Source of the DNA: an uncultured Ignavibacteriales bacterium
GTDB taxonomy: Bacteria > Zixibacteria > MSB-5A5 > GN15 > JAAZOE01
Assembly (NCBI GenBank): GCA_964611355.1
Contig: CAZSYD010000011.1
Coordinates: 45,078-65,077 of the forward strand
Direction of reading: 5' to 3'
DNA: 20,000 nucleotides
A program made the translations under genes and the position numbers. The notes beneath the pieces are model-generated. The model had not been told where the DNA came from. It saw nothing but the letters and a program-made list of their open reading frames with translations, and did no database searches. Below are positions 18,044 to 20,000 of this stretch, in pieces (the stretch's first letter is position 1; each line of letters starts with the position of its first letter).

Positions 18044-18143
18044 NNNNNNNNNNNNNNNNNNNNNNNNNNNNNNNNNNNNNNNNNNNNNNNNNNNNNNNNN
18101 NNNNNNNNNNNNNNNNNNNNNNNNNNNNNNNNNNNNNNNNNNN
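18044..18143. other. assembly gap (100 N)
   Basis: A run of N characters. Confidence 0.99.
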
Positions 18144-18773
18144 CGCGATACGAAGGGAGATTTGAAAAAAATCAAAGAAGTCGGCGGCCAGGTCGTTTTT
18201 ATTCCCAGGATGTCGGATATGTATCCGGATGATTATGAAACGTGGGTTGCGGTTGAGAAACTGACTCAAACGCTGGAAGGCGAATTGCGCCCGACTCATT
18301 TTCGGGGCGTAACGACCATTGTCGCCAAGCTGTTTAACATCATCCGGCCGGACGTGGCTTTGTTCGGGATGAAAGATTACCAGCAGGCGATAGTATTAAA
18401 GAAAATGACTGCCGATCTGAACTGGCCGATAAAAATTATCGTCTGCCCTACTGTGCGGGAGAAAGACGGTCTGGCGTTATCATCACGCAACAATTATCTT
18501 TCTCCCGAACAGCGCCGGGAAGCATTGGCTTTATATAAATCTTTGACTGCCGCAAAACGGATGATCCGCAACGGGGAAACAAGCATATCGGCTATTCGCA
18601 AAAAGATGCGACAGGTAATTAAAAAGACCGCACCGTCGGGAAAGATTGATTATATCGCTTTCACCGAGATGGAGAGTCTAAAGGCGGTCAAGACGGTAAC
18701 GAAAAACATTGTTGCGTCATTAGCCCTCCGCCTCGGCCCGGTGAGGTTGATTGATAATATGAAGGTTGGTTAA
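18144..18773 (+). CDS. panC: pantoate--beta-alanine ligase (5' part lost in the N gap)
   Basis: Motifs LEGELRPTHFRGVTTIVAKLFNII, FGMKDYQQ, PTVREKDGLALSSRN and VRLIDN. Confidence 0.95.
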   Translation, partial: RDTKGDLKKIKEVGGQVVFIPRMSDMYPDDYETWVAVEKLTQTLEGELRPTHFRGVTTIVAKLFNIIRPDVALFGMKDYQQAIVLKKMTADLNWPIKIIVCPTVREKDGLALSSRNNYLSPEQRREALALYKSLTAAKRMIRNGETSISAIRKKMRQVIKKTAPSGKIDYIAFTEMESLKAVKTVTKNIVASLALRLGPVRLIDNMKVG

Positions 18774-18808
18774 TAGTGCGTAAATTCTACCCGTAAATGA
18801 GTTGGGCG

Positions 18809-18834
18809 CCGGGGGATGATTTACAATTGTAAAT
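18809..18834. repeat. copy 1 of a 23-bp direct repeat, containing the perfect palindrome ATTTACAATTGTAAAT
   Basis: CCGGGGGATGATTTACAATTGTA (18809-18831) matches 19978-20000 at 22 of 23 positions. The palindrome spans 18819-18834. Confidence 0.85.
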
Positions 18835-18914
18835 TGACTTCTCAGGATTAATATCAATAACCCACCAGCCGTTGCCGCTCTTGGTGGGGTACTAAGTCGC
18901 ACTGTATAATAAAG

Positions 18915-18942
18915 TTGCCCTTTGTCACGACAAGGGCAATTT
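18915..18942. terminator. hairpin, possible terminator between convergent panC and the 18959-19810 gene
   Basis: TTGCCC-t-TTGTC-ac-GACAA-GGGCAA with short A/T flanks. A second hairpin, CCCACCA...TGGTGGG, lies at 18861-18888. Confidence 0.55.
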
Positions 18943-18958
18943 GGGGAGGGAAGAAAAA

Positions 18959-19810
18959 CTATAGGGAACCGGCGGTTGCCAGTTCCGCTTTTATCCAGAA
19001 TTCCTGTTTTTCCATATATTTTTCAAAATCGCCGCGGTTCATACCTCTGGGGCCTCCGCCCATTCCGCCACCCGGCCCGCCCATGCCGCCGCCGGGCATG
19101 CCGCCGTCCGGCCCGGTTCCGCCGATTCGCATCCCGCCGCGCGGTTTGTCTTTTCTTTCTACGCCGCCCCATTCGAATCCGATCCGGATTTTTTTCTTCA
19201 AGTCAATATTTCCCCCATAAAACTTATTCCCGCTTTCGGCCAGCGGAATGACATACTCATAACAGAAAATCCCGTTTTCGATTCCAAAAGCCACCGCCGG
19301 GCCGTTGGCGCCGTTTTTATCAATCGGCGTCGGCTGATACCACCAGTCTTTTTCCACCACGGCAAACATTACTTCGACAGAGTCTGACATTCCGGACTCA
19401 CGTTCCATCATTCGGCCCGTGCCGGTCTGCGGTTTGCGGCCGGATTTCTCCATGAATTTCTCCATCTCTTCCCGGTCCGGGCCGCCGTTATACTTGAAGC
19501 CGATAATCTTGTCCTTTTTCCCTTTGTTATTGACCCAGACAGTCAGCCCTCCCTGCCGGATTGACCGCAGCCACATCGGGTCTTTGAAACGGATAGCGAT
19601 ATACAGGTTATCGCTATCATTGCAGACAGCGTAGGTGGCATATTCTTTATAACTTTCAAACGGCATTCCCTGCCAGTCGTCAAGGTTACCATCGGCCGTA
19701 ATGGAATGGTCGATCCAGCGCGACTCCAGGTCGCCGGCCTTGACGTTCATGATAGTGATGACTATGAGCCCCAGAGTAAAGAAGACTGCTTTTCTCATAA
19801 TATCCCACAT
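18959..19810 (-). CDS. secreted hypothetical protein with a CBM9/DOMON-like start (ITADGNLDDW) and a Gly/Pro/Met-rich low-complexity tail
   Basis: GGGAG precedes ATG 19810 (ATG 19798 is also possible). Signal peptide, then ITADGNLDDW, NDSDNLYIAI, GLTVWVN, YEYVIPL and a GGMPGGGMGGPGGGMGGGP tract. Confidence 0.75.
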   Translation of the reverse strand: MWDIMRKAVFFTLGLIVITIMNVKAGDLESRWIDHSITADGNLDDWQGMPFESYKEYATYAVCNDSDNLYIAIRFKDPMWLRSIRQGGLTVWVNNKGKKDKIIGFKYNGGPDREEMEKFMEKSGRKPQTGTGRMMERESGMSDSVEVMFAVVEKDWWYQPTPIDKNGANGPAVAFGIENGIFCYEYVIPLAESGNKFYGGNIDLKKKIRIGFEWGGVERKDKPRGGMRIGGTGPDGGMPGGGMGGPGGGMGGGPRGMNRGDFEKYMEKQEFWIKAELATAGSL

Positions 19811-19977
19811 CAAAAAAACTCCCTGTCTTTTTGGTATTTAAACCTTAGACAATAATACCGGAAAAAAGATTAAAAGAAATTACGAGAATGTGTATTTATA
19901 TTTATTTCAGGAGATCGCATCAAAGCCAATGACAGGTGGCTCACCGCTTGCGGGGAGAATAATATTTACAAAACCCC

Positions 19978-20000
19978 CCGGGGGATAATTTACAATTGTA
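19978..20000. repeat. copy 2 of the 23-bp direct repeat (cut off by the window end)
   Basis: CCGGGGGATAATTTACAATTGTA, overlapping a CCCCCCGGGGG palindrome and preceded by another ATTTACAA at 19964-19971. Confidence 0.85.

Noticed and set aside
17279..18773. apparent PanB extension, PanB-PanC fusion or frameshift in the ORF track (17279-18232, 18009-18773)
   Set aside because: This is an artefact of translating through the N gap.
18915..19251. Pro-rich and Arg-rich plus-strand ORFs
   Set aside because: They are the antisense reading of the Gly-rich tract of the 18959-19810 gene.
18809..20000. CRISPR array or integron attC interpretation of the 23-bp repeat
   Set aside because: Only two copies are visible, 1.17 kb apart. 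There are no spacer-sized intervals, cas genes, integrase or clear RYYYAAC/GTTRRRY attC ends.

Overview
A gene-dense bacterial chromosomal window, probably a metagenome scaffold (100-N gap at 18044-18143). The PorV-like protein, the TonB receptor type and the TPR-sigma54 activator suggest a diderm FCB-type organism, possibly Zixibacteria-like (inference only). Left to right: a GT-C/ArnT-like glycosyltransferase with C-terminal TPRs (+); a minus-strand operon of a TonB-dependent receptor with eight Dx[N/D]xNG-type repeats, a PorV/UPF0164-like beta-barrel and a large lipoprotein; a LipM/LplA-like ligase (-); a 978-aa TPR-GAF-AAA+-HTH sigma54 activator preceded by a small secreted acidic, Trp-rich protein (-); a divergent operon of class II aldolase, an aminotransferase-fold protein, folB, folK, deoxynucleoside kinase, panB and panC (+); and a secreted Gly/Pro/Met-tailed protein (-). 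The strongest leads are the secreted-peptide/TPR-activator pair (a possible RRNPP-like peptide-sensing sigma54 system), an aminotransferase homologue lacking its PLP lysine yet coupled to folB, the repeat-insert TonB receptor operon, and a 23-bp palindromic direct repeat flanking the last gene. All family calls come from motif recognition by eye; no searches were run.
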